A stretch of DNA of 64,000 bases, taken from the NCBI GenBank assembly GCA_963703465.1, contig CAVPEQ010000014.1, positions 50,839-114,838 on the forward strand, in the 5' to 3' direction. Shown here piece by piece: positions 37,802-47,400 of the stretch. Every line of letters begins with the position of its first letter. The first letter of the stretch is position 1. The DNA comes from an uncultured Acidobacteriota bacterium. GTDB taxonomy: Bacteria; Acidobacteriota; Terriglobia; Terriglobales; Acidobacteriaceae. A program made the position numbers and the translations under genes. The notes beneath the pieces were generated by a model that was given only the letters and a program-made list of their open reading frames with translations, had not been told where the DNA came from and did not search any database.

Positions 37802-38356
37802 TTACAGAAACGGAAGATAGGCAGGGACGCTGCGTTTGTATGCTTCAAATTCTTCGCCGAAGCGCGAGGCCAGCAGCCTTTCCTCGATACTCACTCGAAT
37901 CTCGGTGCCAATGACGAACAGCAATAACGCGGCGACAGATAATTTCCATCCAGCGATAATCACTGCGGTGGCGCACAGCACCAGCAGCATGGAAGTGTAA
38001 ATCGGATTACGAACCACCGCATACGGGCCGGACCGCACCAGCTTGTGATCCGCACCCAGCGCCGCATCAACCCGCAACTGCCCGGCAAGAGCTCGCGAAG
38101 AAGTCCACGAAAGAAGCGCTGCCAAAGCAAATAAAATAATCGAAATTATTGCGCGCCAAATGGGAAGCGATCGCCCCCAAAAATGCCCCTCCCATAACAA
38201 TGAAAACGCCAGGAATTGCAGCAACACACCCCAGCGCGAACGCGAGTTCACCACACTCGCGGCGGTAGTCCCGCGGTGGGCTGGAACGAAAGGATAGAAC
38301 CAGACAATTACACCGATGGCGATCAGCAGGTAGGCGTACGCGGGCATCGCACGCAA
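37802..38356 (-). CDS. isoprenylcysteine carboxyl methyltransferase (ICMT)/phospholipid methyltransferase family membrane protein
   Basis: LVRSGPYAVVRNPIYTSMLL...EERLLASRFGEEFEAYKRSVP signature. Confidence 0.75.
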   Translation of the reverse strand: MRAMPAYAYLLIAIGVIVWFYPFVPAHRGTTAASVVNSRSRWGVLLQFLAFSLLWEGHFWGRSLPIWRAIISIILFALAALLSWTSSRALAGQLRVDAALGADHKLVRSGPYAVVRNPIYTSMLLVLCATAVIIAGWKLSVAALLLFVIGTEIRVSIEERLLASRFGEEFEAYKRSVPAYLPFL

Positions 38357-38397
38357 TCGTAAATCAAGTTGTTACGAGAAAAAACAAGGAGTGGTTG

Positions 38398-38901
38398 TTA
38401 GATAAACATCTCGTCCTGCGGAGCCGACACCGAATTTCTTTCGTGCCGGCGAGAAAATAAAGCTTCAAAACCTGCGCTCACACCGTGCATCAATCCAGAA
38501 AGCTGCTTGACCGGAGACACAACAGTTTTCTGCACGACCTCGCGAGTTTCTTCCAATTTGTCCATGGTGCTGCCAACGAATTCGTCGGCGCGGATAACCT
38601 GAAGGCGAGTGCGGTCCACGATGTCGGTAAGCGTCGCATCCACGCGCTCCATCTGAGTGCGCAGCATGGTGGTAGATACGCTGACGTTATCGACAACTGT
38701 AGCGATCTTGGGACGCAGTTCGCTCATCATGGAATGCGCCAGTTCGGCGGTGGGCAGGACTTTGGTCTTAACTTCTTCCGCCAACGATTCGACTTTGGCG
38801 CTGGTCTTGCGCATGGAGAAATACATGCCGGCAAGCATCCCCGCCTGCAAAAGGACCGCGACAGCGGTCAGCGCAATAAACGTTATGAGCAGGTTGTCCA
38901 T
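38398..38901 (-). CDS. membrane-anchored DUF948-like protein
   Basis: N-terminal TM segment followed by a long helical region. Confidence 0.5.
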   Translation of the reverse strand: MDNLLITFIALTAVAVLLQAGMLAGMYFSMRKTSAKVESLAEEVKTKVLPTAELAHSMMSELRPKIATVVDNVSVSTTMLRTQMERVDATLTDIVDRTRLQVIRADEFVGSTMDKLEETREVVQKTVVSPVKQLSGLMHGVSAGFEALFSRRHERNSVSAPQDEMFI

Positions 38902-38931
38902 TTTTGCTGTATGGGATTCGAGGGCTAAAAG

Positions 38932-39243
38932 CTAAACGTTTTCGCCGTCACCTTTGGCCATCGAAACTTTTTCGCGATAGGCTCGCCGTCCTGCATCCAC
39001 TGCGGACCGGACCTGTTCTTTTTGAGCGTTATAAACCTCGCGTCCCTTGTCCGCCCATGTTTCAGCGTGTTCGCGAGCATCTTCGGCGCGCTTGCGTAAA
39101 AAGTCTCGTCCCTCTTCGGCTTTGGCCATAAGGATTTCGCGCGTCTCATTCCCTGATTGCGGCGCGTAAAGAAGTCCCACAACCGCTCCGATTCCTATGC
39201 CCGTCAAAAACCACAAAATACCGCCGCCATTTCGCTCAGACAT
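38932..39243 (-). CDS. YtxH domain protein
   Basis: FLTGIGIGAVVGLLYAPQSGNETREIL, then a helical charged region. Confidence 0.7.
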   Translation of the reverse strand: MSERNGGGILWFLTGIGIGAVVGLLYAPQSGNETREILMAKAEEGRDFLRKRAEDAREHAETWADKGREVYNAQKEQVRSAVDAGRRAYREKVSMAKGDGENV

Positions 39244-39314
39244 ACCAAGCCTCCACAATCATCGCAACACACGGATGGTAGCATCCGTCTTAGCGAATTA
39301 CAATTCCAGCGCCC

Positions 39315-39812
39315 TTGTGCTCTGGCCTCGCACGCGAGAGAATGTTCCGTTCCGACTCAGGTCTAAAATCGGGAGCAGTGGCTTTGTCTGATCGCAAATA
39401 CCGCCAGCACGGATACCAGGACAGTGGAGAGAAGCCACAGAAATCGTTCTCACCCCAAGGCGCTCCGCGCAAGGACAACACCTACGGCCCGCGGCCAGTC
39501 CAGATGCCCGGCACGCACTCAGTTTCCCGCTGCTCTCAGTGCGGAACGTTGCTGACATCTCTTTCGGAACCATTGGGGCAATGCCCGAAATGTGGTTTTG
39601 AATTGCACTCCTGCAAGCAGTGCTCCTATTTCGATCCCTCATGTCGATTCGAATGCATGCAAAAGGTATCTGAAAGAATCGCGAAGAAGGACGCCCGCAA
39701 TGATTGCACCTTCTATTCGATCAGCGTACGCGTAGAAAAGCAGACCTCTACCGGTCCGGCGGCAAAACCCAATTCTGCGCGCCAGGCGTTCGACAATCTG
39801 TTCAAAGACTAA
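39315..39812 (+). CDS. Cys-rich (zinc-ribbon-like) hypothetical protein; start uncertain
   Basis: CSQCGTLL...CPKCGFELHSCKQCSYFDPSCRFEC; basic N-terminus. Confidence 0.5.
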   Translation: MCSGLARERMFRSDSGLKSGAVALSDRKYRQHGYQDSGEKPQKSFSPQGAPRKDNTYGPRPVQMPGTHSVSRCSQCGTLLTSLSEPLGQCPKCGFELHSCKQCSYFDPSCRFECMQKVSERIAKKDARNDCTFYSISVRVEKQTSTGPAAKPNSARQAFDNLFKD

Positions 39813-39820
39813 AGAAAAGC

Positions 39821-39933
39821 GATTGTACATTTCAGATTGTAGATTTCAGATTTAAGATTGCAGATTAATGTCAAAATCCACAATCTCGGATCTTGGTTCG
39901 TCGGTCAAATCTACAATCTTCAATCTGAAATCG
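39821..39933. repeat. intergenic palindromic word-repeat element, family D (AGATT heptads)
   Basis: Left: cagattg tagattt cagattt aagattg cagatt. Right: aaatcta caatctt caatctg aaatc, the complementary heptads. Confidence 0.75.
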
Positions 39934-39935
39934 TT

Positions 39936-40664
39936 TCACGGCTTCTGTGTCGGCCTCAGCAAGATCTCGCTGGCAAACGACTGCGGCGATTGCGTCACCA
40001 GCATTGCAACCACATGGGCCACATCGTCAGGCTGGAGCATTTTGTTGGCATCTTTTCCCTCATGCGGGCTTAACTCAGTATTCACCGATCCCGGACAGAC
40101 CACGGCGACGCGAATGTTGTGGGGCCGCAGTTCCTCGGCCACGGAATAAGTAAGGCCATTGAGTCCCCACTTTGAGGCGGCGTAGGCGGCGCCGTTCGGC
40201 AGCGCATTCTTGCCGGCGAGCGACGAGATGTTCACGATGTGTCCCGTCTTGGCCCGGATCATCATGGGAGCGAAGTTGCGAATGCAGTAATAAACTCCCC
40301 GCAGGTTGGTATCCAGGATCTTTTCCCACTCCTTCGGTGTCATTTCATGCAGAGGCTTTGAAAAGGATCCCACGCCGGCGTTGTTGACTAAAATATCGGC
40401 ACGACCAAACATTTTTTCGACAACGTCGGCAAGCGCCTGGACTGATTCGAGGTTGCTAACATCGCATTGCACAACTTTGCTCTGGCCGCCGCTAACAGCA
40501 ATATCTGCGGCCGCGGATTGTAGCGGCTTCACAGACCTGCCGCACAGGACCACGGTAGCGCCGAGATCGGCTAATCTGTGCGCAACAGCTGCTCCGATGC
40601 CACGTCCGGCCCCGGTGACGACAGCGATTTGCCCGGCAAGCGTCTTTGAATCTTGGGAGCTCAT
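39936..40664 (-). CDS. SDR family oxidoreductase
   Basis: VVTGAGRGIGAA (TGxxxGxG), NNAG, YAASKWG (YxxxK). Confidence 0.85.
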   Translation of the reverse strand: MSSQDSKTLAGQIAVVTGAGRGIGAAVAHRLADLGATVVLCGRSVKPLQSAAADIAVSGGQSKVVQCDVSNLESVQALADVVEKMFGRADILVNNAGVGSFSKPLHEMTPKEWEKILDTNLRGVYYCIRNFAPMMIRAKTGHIVNISSLAGKNALPNGAAYAASKWGLNGLTYSVAEELRPHNIRVAVVCPGSVNTELSPHEGKDANKMLQPDDVAHVVAMLVTQSPQSFASEILLRPTQKP

Positions 40665-40758
40665 ATATCAGTGCGATTCCTTTCGCTTTTCGAAAAACCA
40701 TCAGAAGGAGCGGGTTCTGCATCTTAGTCTAAACGTGGAGCCGTCTGAAACAGTGAAC

Positions 40759-40787
40759 TTGCTTAAGTTGAACAGCATACTTATAAT
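40759..40787 (+). promoter_or_regulatory. sigma-70-like promoter candidate
   Basis: TTGCTT (40759-40764), 17-nt spacer, TATAAT (40782-40787), about 160 nt upstream of ATG 40949. Confidence 0.4.
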
Positions 40788-40948
40788 CCCGCTCACCGGA
40801 ACTCGTCTTTCACCCTGGCAGCTCCAGGGAGGCGCTGTGGAGTTCAGGGTCTTGTCTTCGCTCTACCGCGATGCAGTCGAAGCTTTAGATTCAGATTTGC
40901 CGTTGCAGCGATTTCCTGAAATTCAATTTCCTGAGGATCGAGGAGCGA

Positions 40949-42346
40949 TTGGAAATGAAAACAACTGTTCTGGCGTTTGTGCTAGTGACCGCCTTGGCGG
41001 CTGGCGCACAAGATACGACTCCACAGCAAACTCAACCCCCTGCGCCGCCCGCAGCCGGCCAACCGCCTGCTGCGCAACAGCCAGCAGGACAACAGCCAGC
41101 TGGGCAGTCCAGCGCAGCCGCGCCGGAGATTAAAGATCCCGCCGAATATAACGCCTACATCGGGGCCATTCAGCAGAAGGATCCCAACGCAAAAGTGAGC
41201 GCGCTGGAGGCATTTCTTACCCAGTATCCCAACAGCGTAATGAAGACCACAGCTCTTGAGTTGTTGATGGCGACTTATCAGCAGACTGGAAACCAGGCCA
41301 AAGTCGTCGAAACAGCAAAGCGCGTGCTTACGGCCGATGCCTGCAACCTGCGCGCGTTGGCTCTTCTGACTTTCCTGGCGCGCCAAGGTGTCGCATCGGG
41401 ACAGAATCCGCAGCAAAATTTGTCAGACTTGACGCAATATTCCGGTAAAGGTCTGGAATGCATGCAGTCAGGGCCCAAACCGGCAGGTGTTTCCGACGCC
41501 GATTATGACAAGCTTAAGAAGCAGGTGGGGGTAATCTTCAGCGGCGGCGCCGGTTTTGCCGGATTGCAAAACAAAGATTACCCGCGCGCCCAGACCAATC
41601 TGAAAGCAGCGGTCGATGCCGAACCGAACGACCTTCAGAACGTCTACCCTCTGGCGATGGCGTATCTGACGGCAAACCCGCCCGATACATTGAACGGTCT
41701 GTTCTATATTGCGCGGGCTGCAGGTTTAGCCTCTCCCGGGCCGGCACAGAACCAGATTCAGGCCTATGGGGAAAAGGTTTACAAGAACTATCACGGATCG
41801 GATGATGGCTGGACGGACTACGCTCTGCCAACCGCAAAAACCGCCACCACCCCGCCAGACGACTGGGGAACGAAAATCACGAAATATGTTCCGCCTACTC
41901 CAGCGCAGCAGGCTCACGATTTAGTGAAGGACAAAACCCCCGATCAGATCAAGCAGTTGAGCTTCGGCGAGTGGGAACTCGTCCTTTCGGCTGGAACGCC
42001 GGAAGATCAGGACAAGGTCTGGAACGTTATTAAGAACGTCCCGTTGCAGATGGAAGGCAATGTGATTGAGGTTGCGAGTCCAACGGAACTGCACATCGCC
42101 GGTAGTCAGGATGATATCGAGCAGAAGCGCGCGGACATCACCTTGACGATGTCCGGGCCGATCCCTAAACTTCGCATGCCGAAGCCCGACGACACCTTCG
42201 ACTTCGAGGGTACGCCAGCTTCCTACACCGCAACCCCGTTCATGATGATGATGAGCGATGGCAAGCTGCTGAAGAAGGCAGGAGCGCCGGCTCCGAAAAA
42301 GCCAGTTCACCGGCGGCCTGCGGCACACAAAGCAACATCGCAATAA
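40949..42346 (+). CDS. exported TPR-like hypothetical protein with P/Q/A-rich N-terminal linker
   Basis: Signal peptide MEMKTTVLAFVLVTALAAGAQ, low-complexity PAPPAAGQPPAAQQPAGQQPAGQ, then helical repeats. Confidence 0.6.
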   Translation: MEMKTTVLAFVLVTALAAGAQDTTPQQTQPPAPPAAGQPPAAQQPAGQQPAGQSSAAAPEIKDPAEYNAYIGAIQQKDPNAKVSALEAFLTQYPNSVMKTTALELLMATYQQTGNQAKVVETAKRVLTADACNLRALALLTFLARQGVASGQNPQQNLSDLTQYSGKGLECMQSGPKPAGVSDADYDKLKKQVGVIFSGGAGFAGLQNKDYPRAQTNLKAAVDAEPNDLQNVYPLAMAYLTANPPDTLNGLFYIARAAGLASPGPAQNQIQAYGEKVYKNYHGSDDGWTDYALPTAKTATTPPDDWGTKITKYVPPTPAQQAHDLVKDKTPDQIKQLSFGEWELVLSAGTPEDQDKVWNVIKNVPLQMEGNVIEVASPTELHIAGSQDDIEQKRADITLTMSGPIPKLRMPKPDDTFDFEGTPASYTATPFMMMMSDGKLLKKAGAPAPKKPVHRRPAAHKATSQ

Positions 42347-42360
42347 CGGGCTAAAAAGCC

Positions 42361-42391
42361 AAAGGCAGCCTTTTAACGGGCTGCCTTTTTT
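42361..42391. terminator. bidirectional Rho-independent terminator
   Basis: aaaggcagcc / ttttaacg / ggctgccttt, then ttt. A-run upstream and T-run downstream, between convergent genes. Confidence 0.8.
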
Positions 42392-42409
42392 AATGCAAAT
42401 AAACACTGC

Positions 42410-42688
42410 CTACCGGGCGAACTTTTTCTCGTAGGTGATTGGACGGGCAGCACGCGGCGGTCGCCTGCCGCCATCGCGGAACTCACGGACATCAAGCTTG
42501 AGCTCGGTGATGGTGCGGCTCAGAGTGTTGCGATGCATTCCCAACTGCCGCGCCGCGCGGCACTGGTTGCCTTTGTTTTCCTCAAGAACAGTTGCGATAA
42601 AGCGTTTTTTAAATTCCCTGACCGCTTCTGAATAAAGAATATTGCTCTTATACATCTGGTGTACGAGTGCTTCCAGTTGATCTTTCAC
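42410..42688 (-). CDS. Fis-family helix-turn-helix DNA-binding protein
   Basis: NQCRAARQLGMHRNTLSRTITEL Fis-type HTH; 92 aa. Confidence 0.7.
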   Translation of the reverse strand: MKDQLEALVHQMYKSNILYSEAVREFKKRFIATVLEENKGNQCRAARQLGMHRNTLSRTITELKLDVREFRDGGRRPPRAARPITYEKKFAR

Positions 42689-42734
42689 AGGATCTCTCTT
42701 TCCGTTTGTTTAAACGGCCAGACTACAAAAGCCC

Positions 42735-43275
42735 TTACTTAATGCGTTGACGCGGCTTAGCAGCTTGCCCGCGCCGTAAATAATCCAGTCCTTGATAAAA
42801 CTGCGACCGCAACTCTGACGGCGCGATCCAAATTGCCGCCCGTCCGACTACCTGAAAATACGGCGCCAGCGACGATCCTTGCAGCCAGCGCGAGTTGGGA
42901 GCGAACGCCGTCATGCCCAACAAGCACAATCGCCACTAGCAGCGCACCGCGGACCAAACCTAACAGCGCACCCAGGAACCGGTCGATTCCGCTAAGCCCG
43001 ACTTCTTTTATGAGCCAGCGGACCGTTCGGCCCAAAAGTCCGGCCAGAACCAGCACCAGACTGAAAATCAACAAGAACGCCACAATTTCCGCCAGCCATC
43101 GTGAACTGATGTATGGCGAAAGGTAAGAAGTCAAACGCTGATACTGCCAGGCTGCGACTATGTATCCGAAGACCGCGCCGGCAATAGCAAATGCCTCCTG
43201 AAAGAAACCAGAGATTGCTGCTTGAACTACTGACACCAGCAGCACCAGCACAATCATCAAATCTGCAATGTTCAC
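42735..43275 (-). pseudogene. cvpA: CvpA family membrane protein, broken by one apparent 1-nt insertion
   Basis: ORF 42757-43275 is CvpA-like up to ...GALLVAIVLVG, then nonsense. The next frame (ORF 42735-42929) continues MTAFAPNSRWLQGSSLAPYFQVVGRAAIWIAPSELRSQFYQGLDYL. Junction at gttgggcatg (42912-42921). Confidence 0.75.
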
Positions 43276-43302
43276 GCGGCGCGCTCCCCTAGGGCGCCGT
43301 TG

Positions 43303-44214
43303 CTACACATCCAACTCACGTCCAGTTAAGCGACGATACGCTTCCACGTACTTCTCGCCGGTCTGGCGCGCCACGTCGGGCGGAAGCGCCGGCGCCGGCG
43401 GTTGCTTGTTCCACTTAATTTCCTCGAGATAATCGCGCACATACTGCTTGTCAAATGACTCCTGCGACATCCCGGGCGAATACTTGTCCGCGGGCCAGAA
43501 GCGCGACGAATCGGGCGTAAGCACTTCGTCGGCGAGCGTGATTCCGCTGGCGGTACGGCCGAATTCAAATTTCGTATCCGCTATGATGATCCCTTTTTGC
43601 CGCGCGTAGTCTGAGGCTTTTTTATAAATTGCGAGACTCAGGTCGCGCAGTTGGCGCGAGTCTTCGGGATCAACCAACTGGGTCATGTGCTCGAACGAAA
43701 TATTTTCGTCGTGCCCGGTTGTTGCCTTAGTCGCGGGGGTAAAGATCGGCTCGGGCAGCTTTTCTGATTCACGCAGTCCGGTCGGCAGCTTGATGCCGCA
43801 GACGCTTCCCGAGGCCTTGTACTCTTTCCATCCCGAGCCCGACAAATAGCCGCGAACCACGCATTCGACCGGGAACATTTCCGCGCGCTGCACCAGCATG
43901 GAGCGGCCGCGAAGCTGATCGGCGTACGGTTTAACCTCTGCCGGATATTTGCTCACGTCGGCCGTGACCAGGTGATTGGGCACGACATCTTTAAGAAAAT
44001 CGAACCAGAACAAGGACAGTTGCGTGAGCACCCGGCCTTTGTGAGGAATGCCGGTGGCCAGCACGTAATCGAAAGCCGAGATGCGGTCGGTAGCCACAAA
44101 AAGTAAGTGGTCGCTTCCCACCTGGTACACGTCGCGGACCTTGCCGCTTGCGAAAAGTTCCAGATCGGGGAAGTCAGTCTGTAAGAGGGCGGAGTCGATA
44201 GTTTGAGTAGTCAT
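43303..44214 (-). CDS. purC: phosphoribosylaminoimidazole-succinocarboxamide synthase
   Basis: GKVRDVY...LFVATDRISAFD...IIADTKFEFG...DSSRFWP, long-form PurC. Confidence 0.95.
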   Translation of the reverse strand: MTTQTIDSALLQTDFPDLELFASGKVRDVYQVGSDHLLFVATDRISAFDYVLATGIPHKGRVLTQLSLFWFDFLKDVVPNHLVTADVSKYPAEVKPYADQLRGRSMLVQRAEMFPVECVVRGYLSGSGWKEYKASGSVCGIKLPTGLRESEKLPEPIFTPATKATTGHDENISFEHMTQLVDPEDSRQLRDLSLAIYKKASDYARQKGIIIADTKFEFGRTASGITLADEVLTPDSSRFWPADKYSPGMSQESFDKQYVRDYLEEIKWNKQPPAPALPPDVARQTGEKYVEAYRRLTGRELDV

Positions 44215-44397
44215 GAGGAAATCTTAGATGTTAGAAATCGTCGGGTATTTTAGCCGCTCAGAAATTTTTGTCAACGGGAGAGAATCATATCTGATTTCGA
44301 GCTTCTCTGTTTTCCACCGATGTGCAATTGACAAAGGAAAACTCCAGTGAAGGAGGCGGCCGGCAAGGGATTCAGAGCTGATCGGTTGTGGAAATTA

Positions 44398-44418
44398 TTG
44401 CAAGCGCAATGCTTGCAA
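44398..44418. other. perfect 8-bp hairpin downstream of smc
   Basis: ttgcaagc / gcaat / gcttgcaa. There is only a weak T tract on the minus strand, so terminator function is uncertain. Confidence 0.3.
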
Positions 44419-44461
44419 AGCAATATCATCGGATTGCGGCGCGATCGGAAAAATCGAGTTC

Positions 44462-47400
44462 CTACGCCGTCGCCCCGAACCTGACCGAGACTAGCTTCGA
44501 AACCCCGGGTTCCTGCATGGTCACGCCGTAAAGCACCGGCGCGATGCTCATCGTCTTCTTGCTGTGGGTGATGAGCACGAACTGGGTCTGTACGCTCATT
44601 TCTTTTACCAGTTCGGTGAAGCGGCCAATGTTGGCCTCGTCGAGCGGCGCGTCCACTTCGTCGAGAATGCAGAAGGGGCTGGGCTGGTACTGGAAGATGC
44701 CTACCAGCAGCGCCAGCGCAGTCATGGCTTTTTCACCGCCCGAAAGCAGCAATACGTTCTGCAAACGCTTTCCCGGAGGCGATGCGACCACGTCAATGCC
44801 GCTCTCCGCGCTGTTTTCCAGGTCGGTGAGCCGCATCATGCCGCTGCCGCCGCCGAAGAGCTTCTTGAATGTGACCTGGAAATTCTCGTTGATCTTATTG
44901 AATGCTTCTTCAAACTTCTGCCGCGAGAAGGTATCGATTTCCTTGATCGTCGCCTGCGTGTTCTCGATCGAATCGAGCAGATCTTTTCTCTGCGTTTCAA
45001 GAAACGCCTGGCGTTCGGCGGCTTCCTTGAATTCCTCGAGCGCCATCATATTGACCGGGCCCATAGCGTTGAGTCGCGAGCGCATGTCCTGACACGACTG
45101 ATCTTCGGCGACCAGTTCTTCACCGGACACTCGCGGCAGAGTCGAGTCCGCCATCAATTCTGTCCGCTCCACGCCGAGATCATTCATGCAGGTCTGCGCC
45201 AGATACTCGGCATCTGACTGCAGCTTGACCGCGGCGGTGGAAACTTCAGCTTTGCGATCACGCAGGGCATCGAGCGCATGTCGCGCCTCGCGCAACATCG
45301 TATCGATTTCTGCAATTCTCGCCCGCACCTCATCCGATTCAACCTGCAGCAGGCCGGCGCGGGTTTCGCAGGCATTCTTTTCCGCGTCGAGACCCAGCAA
45401 CTTGTCTGCAATCGTCAGGTTTTCCGTCTCGCGCTCAGATTTTTCTGTTGACGCAGCTTCGATCTGCGATACCAGCGACGCGATTCGCGTCTGCATCTCG
45501 CCGACGAGTTGCTCAATTCTCTGCAGCACTGACGCCGCCGAGCGATGCCGCTCCGCAAGCGTTGCCACTTGTGACTGGCGCTCCGAAACGCCCATGGCCG
45601 TGGTATTGCGGTTCTCGCGCAATAAGGCAAGTTGTTCTTGCGCGGACGCCGCCAGCCGCTCCAACTCTGCGCGCTTCTCTTCCACCAGAGCAATGTCGAC
45701 CTCGCGGTCAACCATGATCTGCTGATGTGAAGCGCGTTCCGCCGCCAGGCGAGTCAGTTCCCTTTCACACACCTCGCAACGCTCGCGCACCCGCGTCATC
45801 TCGGAATCGAGCTGTCGCAGGGCGTGACCAGAGGTCATTGCTTGCTTTTCTGAATCACGTTTGTCGGCTTCCAACCGATCAAGCAGCGAACTCAATTCCT
45901 TGATCTCATGTCCGAGATTCAGGACACTGCTTTCCTGATCGCGCAGCGCCATTTCCAATTCGTTCAACACGCGCATGACGTCGCGCAGCTCGCGCTTCAT
46001 AGAGAGCGGGCCTTCAGCGCGCTGCTTGCCTCCGGTGACGGTCACGTTGTGAAAGCATTCGCCATTTTGTGCCAGGAAAAACGCATCCGGATTTTCAAGC
46101 GCCAGGTTCCGCGCAAACTGCGGATCAGGAACGATGTAACCGTCGCGCAGCTTAGGAAGAATTACTTCCAGTGATTTTCCGAATCCATCGAGTACGCGAA
46201 TGGTGTGCTTGAGAGGAACGATGGAAGCGTGCGGCGGCTCCGGCTGGCCATCAGCAACCGCAAAAGAAAACCGCGCCTGAGAATCTTCCGGATGTACCAG
46301 GAATGTCGCGCGGCCATTCACATCCGATCGCAGCAGGCGTAAGCCTTCGTCGGCCGCGTCCCACGACTTGACCACGATGTAATTCAACTCATCACGCAGG
46401 AAATCTTCGACCATCGATTCGTAGCGCGGCTCGACCTCAAGGAAGTCTGCCAGCACGCCTACCGGCGCGAGACCGCCCTGCATGGTGCCTGACTGAAACA
46501 GGCGACGGACCGATTCCGTAGAATAACCGTGCTCGGCGATCACAGCTTCGAGCGAACTTCTTTTGCCCAGCGCCGAAGCATATTCGGCGCGCAAACCATC
46601 GAGATGGTTCTTCCCTTCCGATTCCTGACGACGCTTGAGCGCAAGCGAATCGCGGGTCTGGGTAATTTCTTCGGTGAGCGCCGAAACTCGTTGCGATACC
46701 GATTCAAATTCGAGCGCGAGTTGACCGCGTTCCCCACCGAAGGTTTCAGCTTGCGCACGGGCTGCAGCCATTTCGCTCTGCAGGCGCTGGGCTTCGCGAT
46801 CGGCTGCAGCCATGCGCTCCTCAGCCTGAGTTAACTGGTTGCGAAGATTCGAAAGTGACGCAATGCACTCGAGAGTTGCTGCGCGCGAATGCTCCTGTTG
46901 TTGCTCAATCTCGGCCAAAGCTCCCGCCGCCGATGTGGCTTGCAGTTGGCTGGCTTCGAGTTCCTGCTGCGCTAACGCCAGATCGCCAGCCGCAGATTCG
47001 AGCACCTGCCGGTTGGAGTTCAATTCTTCTTCAAGCGCGGTTAGACGTGCGCGGCCCTGCTCGAGTTCGGCCTCCGACGAAGCCGTCCGCACTGTCAGTT
47101 CGTTGCACCGCTCTTCGTTGTGGCGGCGCTGCGCCTGATTGCGATCGACTTCCAGCTTGATGTCGCTAAGCCTTCCGCCGTTCTCACGAATCTCGGCTTC
47201 GATGGCATACCCGCGCTGCCCACGTTCGGCATGCTCAGCCTCAAATTCCTGCATGACAGTCGACTGCTGTCGCATTTCTTCCGACAGGGAGCTGATCTGA
47301 AGATCGAATTCAGTCGCTTGCTGATCGAAGTGGGCGAATTTACTGGCAAGCACTACTCTCAGTTTGGCGCGCATTTCATCGCGCAAGCGTCCGTAGCGTT

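Noticed and set aside
44215-44461. Purine (ZTP/pfl-type) riboswitch upstream of purC.
   Set aside because: I could not find the conserved GGGUCGUGACUGGCG / CCGCCUGGGCA-type elements on the minus strand. Only an 8-bp palindrome is present, and it fits better as the end of the smc transcript.
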